From a virus (Duplodnaviria; Caudoviricetes), in the IMG/VR virus record IMGVR_UViG_3300028735_000004, positions 64,001 through 128,000 of that record: a DNA stretch of 64,000 nucleotides; one strand, given 5' to 3'. The translations under genes and the position numbers were made by a program. The notes beneath the pieces are model-generated. The model was not told where the DNA came from and searched no databases. It saw nothing but the letters and a program-made list of their open reading frames with translations. Shown in pieces: positions 52,701 to 62,310 of this stretch. The first letter of the stretch is position 1. Each line of letters starts with the position of its first letter.

Positions 52701-54172
52701 CTAAACGCATTATTTGTTGAATCTACTAAACTATCTAAAGTATATTTTCCTGGAGTAGAACCTTTATTACCGGTAATATCTATAGGCGGTAAATTAATAG
52801 ATTTTTCTAATGGATTACCGGTTGGATAAAATGTTAAATATAAATTATAATGAGTTGAATCTATTTTTTCAGGATTAAAACCTATACCTAAAGCAGAAGC
52901 CGATCTTGGATGAGCTACAATTAAACTATCTTGTTCGCTAAATTGATTATGTGCTCTGGCCATTGCCAAAACACCGTATTTATTTTCAGTAAAAAATGAT
53001 TTATAAATATTAACTGTTGCGGTAGATGAAGAAAATAAATTTTTACCATTAATTCTAACGGCATAAGTTCTATTAGGACCATTAATAATAGCCTTAGTTG
53101 AATCTATAGTGAATGCAACAGAGCTTGTAGCATTACCATAATCTACTACTATTATATCTCCCGGTTTTACTAAAGCGAAATCAGCATCAAAAGTATTATT
53201 ATTTAATACCGTTGATGATGGATTTAATAAAATAACATCATCACCATTACTAAAATTATCCACTGGGACATTTGATCCGCTAAATAATAAATAAGTAGTC
53301 GCAGGAGATGTTAAAATAAACTGTCCTCCATTATCACTTAATAATGAAGTTGCCCTTGCGCTTCTTGATACACCGTTAGAAAATAAAGTTTGGGTTTTTG
53401 TTCCCAATAATAATAAGCTGGAATTATCAACAAATTCTGCAAAACTTTGTACATCTTCTACTGTTGATGGAATTGTTGCAAAGTTAGCAGAATTGACATA
53501 AACTCCAGCCGCCATATGTGCATAATTTTCTGGAGGTATAGTTCCGCCTAATGATGCCGATGTAATTGGATTTCCATCTGCTTTTTGGTGAATAGTTAAT
53601 TCATCACTGATATCTTGTAATAATGTTTGACCATTTGTAATATCTCTTGATACAACTGCGGACCCAGGAGATGAAACATTTGGAATTGGCGCGGGTTTAA
53701 CATAAGAAGCGGAAGTATCAATATCTAAATGAGAGAATTTATGACGATAAGCAGTACCCGCAATATGAGGTTCTACTTTAATTCCGGTAATACTTAGAAA
53801 GCCATTAAGTACATCAACTGAATTTTTTAAATTTTGATAAAGATTATAAAGATATTGGGTACTATAATTTAATTGTAATTTAGATTCTTGTATTCCAGCA
53901 ATAGCGGATACTTGAGAATCAGTAATTGGTAATACAACTAAACCCAAACCAGTTAATGCAGATGCTTTTATAGTACCATCTTGGTTTAATGATTGATCTA
54001 ATCTGTCAGCAATAGAGGCTTTACTACCATTTGCCAAAATTCCTATATTAGATTGAATAGCAAAAACAGCAGATCTTAAAGCATTTAATAATTCTTCGCC
54101 TATTTCAGTAAGATTATTATTTACTGGCGGCAATACATTATCATCATCTAATTGATTTGGGAAGTTTGACAT
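49706..54172 (-). CDS. Long tail fibre/spike-like structural protein with C-terminal pectin-lyase-like beta-helix
   Basis: MSNFPNQLD...LNALRSAVFAIQ head-domain pattern; C-terminal ITIEDCTF, ISENIC and IIDGNYC repeats. Confidence 0.6.
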   Translation of the reverse strand: MSNFPNQLDDDNVLPPVNNNLTEIGEELLNALRSAVFAIQSNIGILANGSKASIADRLDQSLNQDGTIKASALTGLGLVVLPITDSQVSAIAGIQESKLQLNYSTQYLYNLYQNLKNSVDVLNGFLSITGIKVEPHIAGTAYRHKFSHLDIDTSASYVKPAPIPNVSSPGSAVVSRDITNGQTLLQDISDELTIHQKADGNPITSASLGGTIPPENYAHMAAGVYVNSANFATIPSTVEDVQSFAEFVDNSSLLLLGTKTQTLFSNGVSRSARATSLLSDNGGQFILTSPATTYLLFSGSNVPVDNFSNGDDVILLNPSSTVLNNNTFDADFALVKPGDIIVVDYGNATSSVAFTIDSTKAIINGPNRTYAVRINGKNLFSSSTATVNIYKSFFTENKYGVLAMARAHNQFSEQDSLIVAHPRSASALGIGFNPEKIDSTHYNLYLTFYPTGNPLEKSINLPPIDITGNKGSTPGKYTLDSLVDSTNNAFRQTGYNYRFIAYSYKGEFGIMLADHYNNASFSIISGTLDSSGNYYSGSLSSYPFNVIDGYNNLDALGFGPNGSGVASPPYSTSYTNPIVAQVPTVILAPQKRKFFYVNGTEKDLLNKEIFTSEDTFGDGYWPATINNKTILGNRVEITYMVPYDLSTSGLKKGKTIVVYPNASPALSNFVDYGRFLISNVVFNNCPGPNPETYITVYDAIHGTGTSPYQSANVGTGVNLYFCDDSVSFNSENVGNSVSVIPFKRHFEILVNTDGKVFSHERARFSISGSNVLVDAANSFTLYATTEMQHLNIYEISPKLRGYKSLVYRKIHLFITDFDGTTGVFNGYLCKFDGVSYTNFGPTTTGKKGEKVRFYDESNIDYIDIIFSFDDTISSFVNKGIDIQLYPSLMLDEEKFFIGSCQVNDSNKTIKYIRDGRTFGNISEKHLSSSALDYISASDKLIHENGVVRGFEIIGGTPQNVLSLTGGVVLVNGKLVYMNETTNIIPILQETLSPTFTTNVNTITWFVCVNDKSEIELVASTDYDLSLSGIYGSLDHNRLFYVKNPNAISPTPYNVRGTYLQNLYVKWRDLVPLYTISATVGIVNGKYAVTTSTITDLRRYVSNGYIGMDHPFVLSPDGSFRSVEALNNWMVNLNGLRSAQNVLNLIGAKVLVKGTFPITSTLTFNYNNKVEFVGDNGTFDISVGTGFNIGNNIEFKNITFNYIYDATSDPLFASSSLINIGKSCINMNIGSSGAKNITIEDCTFKTPYANHFAFIGASLTSNSSFGQNIFIKRNQFISTFVGGGDDLSAAVAFVGPSVSPPVNDYNAPKLINCAISENICNRNQMIAITSSVDGVSGNVLNAISPINVYISDNICGSINYLVRRSQPFNTVNSLVILDKEDRLIIDGNYCKYIYCGDNKGKYDNTSGSSKVGLLLASGLFTSSVEIINNTVSWIQVSAKLPNFFREPMGVCIIRNNKLFASDSSILLNYVNQSSNALNYALVAQRVEGS

Positions 54173-54290
54173 CTAATTTCCATTCTGGTTTATCATTATA
54201 ATACCAAAAAATAGATATTTTGATATTTATAAGGATAAATAAAGTTTGAATAATTACTTAATATTAGATATAACCGATAAATATTATTAT

Positions 54291-54626
54291 TTACGGATCT
54301 TCTGGTAATGTATCTTTAGATTTTATAATACTTTTAATTGTGCGATAAACATTTCCACCAAGCATACCGGCTACAACGCCAAATATCACTCTTCCACTTA
54401 AAGATTTAACATCGGCTGGGTAAGGATACATTTTTGCAACCAATCCAATTAATCCACCAAATATTATAGGCATTATTGGTAATAAAAGATCTCTCCACCA
54501 TTTTGTTGCATTTGCTTTAGACCAAAAATGTTCTACAACTTTTCTAACAACAAAAACAAAAGCTGCGGTCATTATACAAAACATTACAAAAGAAAAACTT
54601 AATAATATATTAATTATGTTATCCAT
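54291..54626 (-). CDS. Holin-like small membrane protein
   Basis: 111 aa, three hydrophobic segments and a charged C-terminus. Confidence 0.55.
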   Translation of the reverse strand: MDNIINILLSFSFVMFCIMTAAFVFVVRKVVEHFWSKANATKWWRDLLLPIMPIIFGGLIGLVAKMYPYPADVKSLSGRVIFGVVAGMLGGNVYRTIKSIIKSKDTLPEDP

Positions 54627-54635
54627 TTAAACCTC

Positions 54636-55526
54636 TTAAGAAACCCAAATTATCCATAGTATTCCGGGAGCACCATCTCCACCATTACCACCATTTCCTC
54701 CGGTACCAGCTCCTGCACCGGCTCCTCCTCCGCCTCCTCCACCAGATCCATATCCAGTAGCTGAAGCTCCACCAACACCGTCTCCTCCGGCTCCAAAGGC
54801 ATTACCATTTCCACCATTACCACCATCACCAGCTGTAGATATAGGATAATTACTAAGGGCCCCTCCACCTCCAGCACCACCGCCATCTTTACCAGTATCC
54901 GGAGTTCCGTCTATCCCCTGTTCTCCAACGGCACCGCCAGTTTGAGTATATCCAAATAACGGAACACCTGTAAAAGCAGCATTTAAACCTGTGGCTCCGT
55001 ATCTGGCACCATTTCCACCTTGTCCAGGAAGTGTTGGCTGAACAGAAGTTGCTAAAACCGTACCATTAGATCTGACTGATCCAACTCTTTGAAGAAATCT
55101 TGTTGGAGCCCCCCCTAAACTAATTGATTGAGAAGTGGAAAGACCCACATTACTTCCTCCGGCACCACCTGCGGCTCCAACAAAAGTAAATAATGATGTT
55201 ATAACTGTACTACCACCATTACCACCATTACTTCCAGCATTTGGTATTGTTAATCCAGAAACTGCAGTTCCGCCAGAACCTCCGGTACCACCCGTTCCAA
55301 TAGTAATAGTATAAGTTGTTCCTGGAGAAACATTTACAACTGCAAAATTCATCATTGCGGCTCCACCACCGCCTCCACCATCTCCAGAAATTGAATCTCC
55401 GTGGCTTCCAGAACCTCCGCCACCTCCACCGCCTCCACCACAGCCATATAATATAACTGTCTTAACGCCAGCGGGAGCCGTCCAAGTACCATTAGAAGTA
55501 AAAACTTTATATGTTATTTTAGCCAT
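54636..55526 (-). CDS. Glycine-rich tail-fibre-associated protein
   Basis: VFTSNGTWTAPAGVKTVILYGCGGGGGGG...GGxGAPGILWIIW, typical of phage Gly-rich domains. Confidence 0.72.
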   Translation of the reverse strand: MAKITYKVFTSNGTWTAPAGVKTVILYGCGGGGGGGGGSGSHGDSISGDGGGGGGAAMMNFAVVNVSPGTTYTITIGTGGTGGSGGTAVSGLTIPNAGSNGGNGGSTVITSLFTFVGAAGGAGGSNVGLSTSQSISLGGAPTRFLQRVGSVRSNGTVLATSVQPTLPGQGGNGARYGATGLNAAFTGVPLFGYTQTGGAVGEQGIDGTPDTGKDGGGAGGGGALSNYPISTAGDGGNGGNGNAFGAGGDGVGGASATGYGSGGGGGGGAGAGAGTGGNGGNGGDGAPGILWIIWVS

Positions 55527-55535
55527 TATTAACCT

Positions 55536-57173
55536 TTAAATAAACCACCAACTATCAACACCATTACTAACTATAGTCCAAGATCCATAATCAGTATTTA
55601 AAATATAATTGGCTGCAAGTCCCTCAATATTTCCGGTACCACCATTTCGTGATAAAGTAATATTATTTGTGCTTGCTAATCCATATATATCTTTGATTAT
55701 AATTTTCCTACCAGCAGTTGCGGAAGAATGAGCTGGTAAATTAATTGTTTTAGCACTGGAAGTATCTACAAATAACAACACATCAGGATAAATATCACTA
55801 TCGACAGTATATGGTGTTGTAGTAATAGTAAGAGGGTTGTATCTTACTGCTCCATAAAATCCAACGCCATATTGATCTACTAAAAATCTGGGTCTGTTAG
55901 AATTTGCAGTTATAGAAAAAACATTATCATTTCTAAAATTATTTCCAAATAATAATGATGTTAATTTAGAAGAAACATTTGTAATAGAAGGGTTAAATCC
56001 CAAAAATAAAAATGTATTATTTACTGATGTGTCTCCTCTATCAACTGTAAAATTATTGTTAGTAATTAAAATTCTACTATAAGATTGAAGCGGTACAGAT
56101 CCGGCAATAGCACTTTCTATATATACAAATAGGGCAACTGTAGTATCATAGCCTAAAATGAAATTATTAGAAGCATTTATATTTGCGGCCGATAATCTTA
56201 ATACGCAATTATTTTCGGGATTAACAAAATCTGAATTTAAATATCCATAAGCTCTCACATAATTGTTTTCAAAATTTAAATAATCTAATACTCCGGTAGA
56301 AGTTGTAGTTCTTACTGGTACAGCGAACCCGTCAATGAAGCAATTTTTAACATTAATAATTGTTCCAGTAGTAGATGGTATAGTTGAATCAGTTGCAATT
56401 GCGTAAGCAGAAACATTTGTTAAAACACTTCCGGAATAAGTTGTTTTACCTATAAATTTAACATATTCACAGGAGAAATGACATCCTTCTTCTACGGAAA
56501 CTAACGCAGTTGGAGTTGCAGTTGCTGTATTTTTAGGAGTTAAATATGCGGTATCTCCCAAAAATCTTGGTTGAATAAAATTATCCGCTATAGTTAAATC
56601 TACAAATTTAGTTTCTTTAGAAAACATAAATCTACCATTAATAGAATCAATATTATCTTCTAATCTGGTAGCGTTTGCCTTTATCTTGAACAATGGTTTA
56701 GGTGTAGAAATAGCGTTAATTATTTTTGTACCAAATCCCTCGCCAACTATAGTTATGCCAGCCGGAACATTAACTGTATCAATAAATTTATAAGTTCCAG
56801 ATTTAATAACTATCACTCCTCCATTTTTAATACGATCGTGTAATGGATTAGAGGTATTATTTAATAAATCATCTAAGTAAAAATTGAACGCTGGAACGGA
56901 TCCATCATAAGGATTATTTGGATCTATCAAATAATTTTTATAAGTATCGTATCCATCACCTACTGATAAAAATGTGCCAGTGAAATTAGATACAAAACCA
57001 GATACTGCATAAAGAAGATCGTATAAATTATTATAATCTGTTGCACGGAAACTTATTGGAGGTAATACATCTATACCATCTGCATTATGACGAAAATCGT
57101 ATCCATCAATATGATTTTGAAAATCGAACCTGTCTGTGGATAATCTTCCCGATCCTCTTTTGAAATTAACCAT
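55536..57173 (-). CDS. Tailspike with pectate-lyase-3-like beta-helix and fibre-type C-terminal domain
   Basis: GGVIVIKSGTYKF...VPAGITIVGEG; C-terminal TINLPA...GRKIIIKD...NITL. Confidence 0.7.
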   Translation of the reverse strand: MVNFKRGSGRLSTDRFDFQNHIDGYDFRHNADGIDVLPPISFRATDYNNLYDLLYAVSGFVSNFTGTFLSVGDGYDTYKNYLIDPNNPYDGSVPAFNFYLDDLLNNTSNPLHDRIKNGGVIVIKSGTYKFIDTVNVPAGITIVGEGFGTKIINAISTPKPLFKIKANATRLEDNIDSINGRFMFSKETKFVDLTIADNFIQPRFLGDTAYLTPKNTATATPTALVSVEEGCHFSCEYVKFIGKTTYSGSVLTNVSAYAIATDSTIPSTTGTIINVKNCFIDGFAVPVRTTTSTGVLDYLNFENNYVRAYGYLNSDFVNPENNCVLRLSAANINASNNFILGYDTTVALFVYIESAIAGSVPLQSYSRILITNNNFTVDRGDTSVNNTFLFLGFNPSITNVSSKLTSLLFGNNFRNDNVFSITANSNRPRFLVDQYGVGFYGAVRYNPLTITTTPYTVDSDIYPDVLLFVDTSSAKTINLPAHSSATAGRKIIIKDIYGLASTNNITLSRNGGTGNIEGLAANYILNTDYGSWTIVSNGVDSWWFI

Positions 57174-57271
57174 AATATCTCCGTGCTAATATTATGCATT
57201 ATTATTATTAAAAATATTTTTTTCAATTATTATAATAACTTTTATTTATATCTATAAATAGGTATTTTAAT

Positions 57272-58705
57272 ATGCAATCCGGATATAATTATTTACCTGT
57301 TGATAATAAATCAAGGTTTATTGTCAAAATATTACAAATAAGGTAATAATTGTATTCGGTATGCCAATTGCGCCTAATAATTCTTATAATTTAATGGCTA
57401 TTCCAGAAGTATCAGAAGCAATCATTAAACATTCATTATTAAAAGGAGAATTAAAACAAGCATTAAGTAGTGCTAAAATACAAATAACATTAACTGATAT
57501 AGATTTAACTACATTTAATATAGATGCTCTTACTGATTTTACAAATTATGGTTTAAGTAATAGTATATATGACGGCACAATATCTGTATTTTCTTTAAAT
57601 AATTTACCACCACCAGTTGATGGATACATTACATTAAGTAATAAAATTTATATATTTTATGGAACTGTAGATATTGGTTTAAATACATATTATTAATTAA
57701 TGATGGAAGCATTCTTATAGGAAGAAGTTCTACTTATGATAAACTTATAGGTAATAGCAATAAACCGTTAATTTTAGTAAATACCCACGAAATTTTTACT
57801 CTTAATAATTTGCAGCTAAATAATCCTTCCGGAATTGGCTTATATATAAATGGGAATTCTACCGGTATATCAACAATAAGTAAAATAAGCGTAATAAATT
57901 GTAAAACATGTATATTTGCAACTGATTATCAATTTCATATTGGACTTCATTAAATATAAATAATTGTTTAACTGGAATTAAATATGATGGATATTGCGAT
58001 TCTTTTTATTTGAATGAAACATTATTTAATAATTTTCAATATAATGGAACTATGCTTGATATTAATTCAAATACATTAAATATTAATAATATTTTTATTA
58101 ATAGTTTATTTATAACAACTAACAGTACTCATAAAGCAATATTATGGTCTGGCGCTAATTTATCTCGTGGATTTTTGGAATCAAATACTTTTAGTGGTCC
58201 AGGATCTTATATTAATTTTCAAAAATCAAATATTTATTGGCACATCGATTCTAACAATGGAATAGTAGACGGGGCAATAGTTGCTGACTTAAGATATACG
58301 GCCATTACTCCAGTTGGATGGACTAACCTTGGACAAAATAATTGGGTAGATATTCCTGGTACCTTTGCATTATCTCCTGTTACAGAAAGATTCATTCAAT
58401 ATGTACCCAATACCGGAGAGCTTCAGTATATAGGTTTAGAAGATATTGAAATAATGATTACCGGTTTAGCCGCAGTAGAGGCAAGTAGCGGAAATCCAAT
58501 ATTTGGAATATGTGTAGCAATTAACGATGCGGAACAGGCTAACTCAGAAATAATAGCTTAGTTAGCCAATCAATCTCGAATTTTATCTATATCTTATATA
58601 ATTCAAATCAAGAAAAATGATAGAATTAAATTAAGATTAAGAAATAGAACGAGTGCTTCAAATGCATCGGTTCATTCCGCTATGTTAATGACACATAGAT
58701 TATAA
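57272..58705 (+). pseudogene. Decayed fibre-like gene with C1q/BclA-like C-terminus, opposite strand
   Basis: A continuous reading from ATG 57272 to TAA 58705 needs three +1-base repairs (near 57310, 57690, 57933) and read-through of TAG at 58559-58561. It then ends ...IQIKKNDRIKLRLRNRTSASN...THRL and abuts the GH18 stop exactly. Confidence 0.7.
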
Positions 58706-60025
58706 TTATTGTAAATTATTTTTAAATGCTGTTAATAATGGATTTTTGTCTTGCGCTCCGGATAAATAACCTTGATTGATAGTCCAAATCATTGCTCCGC
58801 CAAGATTATTTTGTTTTATATACTGTGATTTAAGAGCAATAGATTGTGGATCTTCATAACTTATGTAAGAGCATCCGTTTGGACCTAACGCTGTATTAAA
58901 CGAAAGATAAGGAACATATGCGTTATTATCCCATTTAAGAGCATTTTGATTATAATATAAATTCATAATATTTGTATATGACATATCATTATCGCCAGCC
59001 ACTATCCAAGAACCGTTTAAATCTTGTAACGGCGCAGTTACTGGAGGAGAATAACATAAACCATAAAATCCAGAACCAACTCCAATCTTTTTAGACGGTA
59101 ATCCTTTATTTAAATAATATTTAACAGAGCCATCTATTGACATTGGTGTTGATAAACTTTGATGATATAAGGCACTTGAATGCCAGGTTTTCCAACCATC
59201 ATAAGGACCAGCCATACCATAAGACATAATATTAAATTGATCTACATATGGTATCATTGGTGGATATGATGCAACCTGCTCTCCCAAATTAACATTAATA
59301 GAATTAACTGGTACTGTAATAATAGCATTAGGGTGGGCGAGTTTAATTTGTTGAACAATTTCTAATAACATTGGGGCATCAACATCATATGCCGGTTCCC
59401 AATCTAAATCAATACCATCGTAATTATATTTAGTAATAAGATTATTTATATTACTAATGAATTTAACTTTATTATTTGTCATAGCATAAACAAATCCCGC
59501 TCTTGTTCCAGCACCACCAATAGATGCCAATGCTTTTTTATTATTTGAATGAGCAGCCTGGGTGATTGAATTTGCTAAAGCCGGTCCATTTACATTATCA
59601 ATAAATAATGATTCATCTAAAGTTCCATCATTTTTTGGTAAATAAAATGCGACAGCTAAATGAGTTAAAGATGACCAATCTATAGCATTAACTGGATAAA
59701 TCCAAGTTTGATAACCAGCATAATATCCAGTAATCCAGTAATTGGAGGTACCAGAATCAATTGGTAAAACATCTGACGAACTATCTATTAAAACATCTGT
59801 TGAGGCGTCTGATAAAGAACTATCACTTGTGTCCGACATTACATCTAAAGATGAATCGTAAATAACAGAAGAATCTAAAACAGTTCCAGCATCTTTCCTT
59901 CTTCTAATTTTATGTGCATCTATAGTATTTTCTGAATCAGAAACAACTGGTCCTGCACAAGCACCAATTAAACCAAATGCAAAAATGAATGGAAGAGCTG
60001 AAATATAAAATGATTTTCTTAACAT
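58706..60025 (-). CDS. GH18 (chitinase-like) lipoprotein
   Basis: Lipobox LIGAC, Asp/Ser-rich linker, LASIGG, catalytic DGIDLDWE intact, NIMSYG, GFYG, SYED and GAMIW. AGGAG SD. Confidence 0.9.
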   Translation of the reverse strand: MLRKSFYISALPFIFAFGLIGACAGPVVSDSENTIDAHKIRRRKDAGTVLDSSVIYDSSLDVMSDTSDSSLSDASTDVLIDSSSDVLPIDSGTSNYWITGYYAGYQTWIYPVNAIDWSSLTHLAVAFYLPKNDGTLDESLFIDNVNGPALANSITQAAHSNNKKALASIGGAGTRAGFVYAMTNNKVKFISNINNLITKYNYDGIDLDWEPAYDVDAPMLLEIVQQIKLAHPNAIITVPVNSINVNLGEQVASYPPMIPYVDQFNIMSYGMAGPYDGWKTWHSSALYHQSLSTPMSIDGSVKYYLNKGLPSKKIGVGSGFYGLCYSPPVTAPLQDLNGSWIVAGDNDMSYTNIMNLYYNQNALKWDNNAYVPYLSFNTALGPNGCSYISYEDPQSIALKSQYIKQNNLGGAMIWTINQGYLSGAQDKNPLLTAFKNNLQ

Positions 60026-60087
60026 TATTTCTCCTAAGTTGAATTCGAAATCTACTATAACAGTAGATAGAAGAAATAATTATAATA

Positions 60088-61689
60088 TTATATAATCAAA
60101 GCGTGTGTATGACCTAATTCTGGCTCTACCCTTAAAATACCAGATATAGGATCTCGACTAACCACATGCGAATGTCCTTGATCTTGACTTGTTATTTGGG
60201 CAAAAGTAATAGGATTTTTTTCATTTACAACTATAGTATGTGTGTGAGGAGGAATGCCAGGAATTGCTGAGCCTGAACCAGTCGTAATGGTATTTGGAAA
60301 CATTGCTGTATTTCTAAATACTTTAATTTGATAAGCAGGATCTGTTTTACGAATTCTTTGTAAAGTAAGTTTTTGCGAACCAGAATAACTGTTTAAAAGT
60401 TTATTTCTATTGACCGAAATAACTTCATATCTAAATTCATCGTTATCAATTTCATCAAATCTAACAATAATATCTCTACTTTTAATAGCCGGGATAACGA
60501 GCGTCCAAGATCGTGCATTAAATTCACTTTCCATACCATTTTCGGTTGTTTTAACTTGATCTTCAGCCGGCTCAAATCTCATCATTATACGACTGTCAGA
60601 TCTTCTTGGATTAAAATATTGCTGATATCCTACAACCATACCTGTTCCATAACATTTAATACATCTATTTTCTGGATATTCTCGTCCAGGAATGTAGCAA
60701 TCACAAGTTATACCGGTCCAAACTCTTTTAATCAATACTACGGGCTCACCAGTTAAATCTAATAATTGCTCTTGGCGTTGAGTATTAATGTCTTGTAAAT
60801 TCATTCCTCTCAAAATTCTACCGACTCCATCATAACCATCGGCACAATAATATTCTCCTCCAATATAACTACCTACGCATTCTCCGTTTAATAAAGCAAC
60901 CGGATCTGTTCTGTGCCATCCACTATAATCGTAGGAGGGAAAATCTGCATTAGAGGTATCACTGGCTGACAAATCGGTATTTAATAAATCTTTTGTTTTT
61001 TGATGATATCCATCCGCAATAGTAAATGAATAATTTCCAGAATCAAATCTATTTTGTGATTCATATACTACTGTGTTTTGATCTTCATCGAAAACTGGCC
61101 AAAAAACAACTTTAGGATCCCAATAAGTATAACCATCATAACCGTCAATGTTATGGATAGCTACAGTTGTATCAGAATAACCTCTTTGAGCAGAGCTTAT
61201 TAATACTAAATTATTTCCAGATACATAAGAATAATTGATTAATTCGCCACCAATTTTAACTGTTCCCCCAGATATCGGAAATAAATCTGCATCAATTAAA
61301 GGTACAATTAAATCATTTTCTAAAATATTAGCCGCCAATAAACTTTCTGGATAAAATCTTAAACCATTAAAAGTTTGTGGTAAATTTTGTAAATCAAAAA
61401 AAGTAGAATTATATTCAACAGCTCTAACTGCAAAATGATATAAATATCCTGGGGTTAAATCTAATATGGTAGCAGTTGTTGCTGTACCTATAGAAATAAA
61501 AGAAGGTGTTTTATTAAAATAGTCAGTTTCAAAAACAAAAGGTTCTGTATCTACATAAATGTGATACGCTATGGAGTTGCTGCGATTTGATGGATAAGCA
61601 CTATACCACTCTAATTTTATAGAATATCCATCTCCTAAAGACTGAACTCTTTTTAATCCTGCATTTACCGGGTTTAAATAATAAACCAT
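60088..61689 (-). CDS. Head-tail connector (neck) protein with N-terminal Fn3 domain and His-rich C-terminus
   Basis: Fn3 pattern LEW...YHIY...LTPGYLYHFAVRAV. TGEPVVLIKR...CDC...CIKCYGTG zinc-motif neck domain. C-terminal HTH/GHSH/GHTH repeats. Confidence 0.6.
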   Translation of the reverse strand: MVYYLNPVNAGLKRVQSLGDGYSIKLEWYSAYPSNRSNSIAYHIYVDTEPFVFETDYFNKTPSFISIGTATTATILDLTPGYLYHFAVRAVEYNSTFFDLQNLPQTFNGLRFYPESLLAANILENDLIVPLIDADLFPISGGTVKIGGELINYSYVSGNNLVLISSAQRGYSDTTVAIHNIDGYDGYTYWDPKVVFWPVFDEDQNTVVYESQNRFDSGNYSFTIADGYHQKTKDLLNTDLSASDTSNADFPSYDYSGWHRTDPVALLNGECVGSYIGGEYYCADGYDGVGRILRGMNLQDINTQRQEQLLDLTGEPVVLIKRVWTGITCDCYIPGREYPENRCIKCYGTGMVVGYQQYFNPRRSDSRIMMRFEPAEDQVKTTENGMESEFNARSWTLVIPAIKSRDIIVRFDEIDNDEFRYEVISVNRNKLLNSYSGSQKLTLQRIRKTDPAYQIKVFRNTAMFPNTITTGSGSAIPGIPPHTHTIVVNEKNPITFAQITSQDQGHSHVVSRDPISGILRVEPELGHTHALII

Positions 61690-61714
61690 TTAGCCTCAAA
61701 GAAATGCGATATTA

Positions 61715-62309
<595 letters not shown>

Positions 62310-62310
<1 letters not shown>

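Noticed and set aside
48612-54172. 364-aa and 1488-aa ORFs as one frameshifted gene
   Set aside because: They are joined by the same TAATG coupling used throughout the operon, and the second begins with the MV start common here.
54636-55526. Collagen or tandem-repeat array
   Set aside because: Gly runs lack Gly-X-Y periodicity, and the DNA shows no fixed repeat unit or spacers. The overlapping ORF 54650..54886 is a shadow frame.
1240-60756. Short antisense or alternate-frame ORFs (e.g. 1240..1560, 1594..1845, 11594..12013, 18866..19207, 41751..42155, 44333..44701, 46661..47020)
   Set aside because: They overlap well-supported genes, lack motifs or SD sites, and show the typical antisense composition of AT-rich coding DNA.
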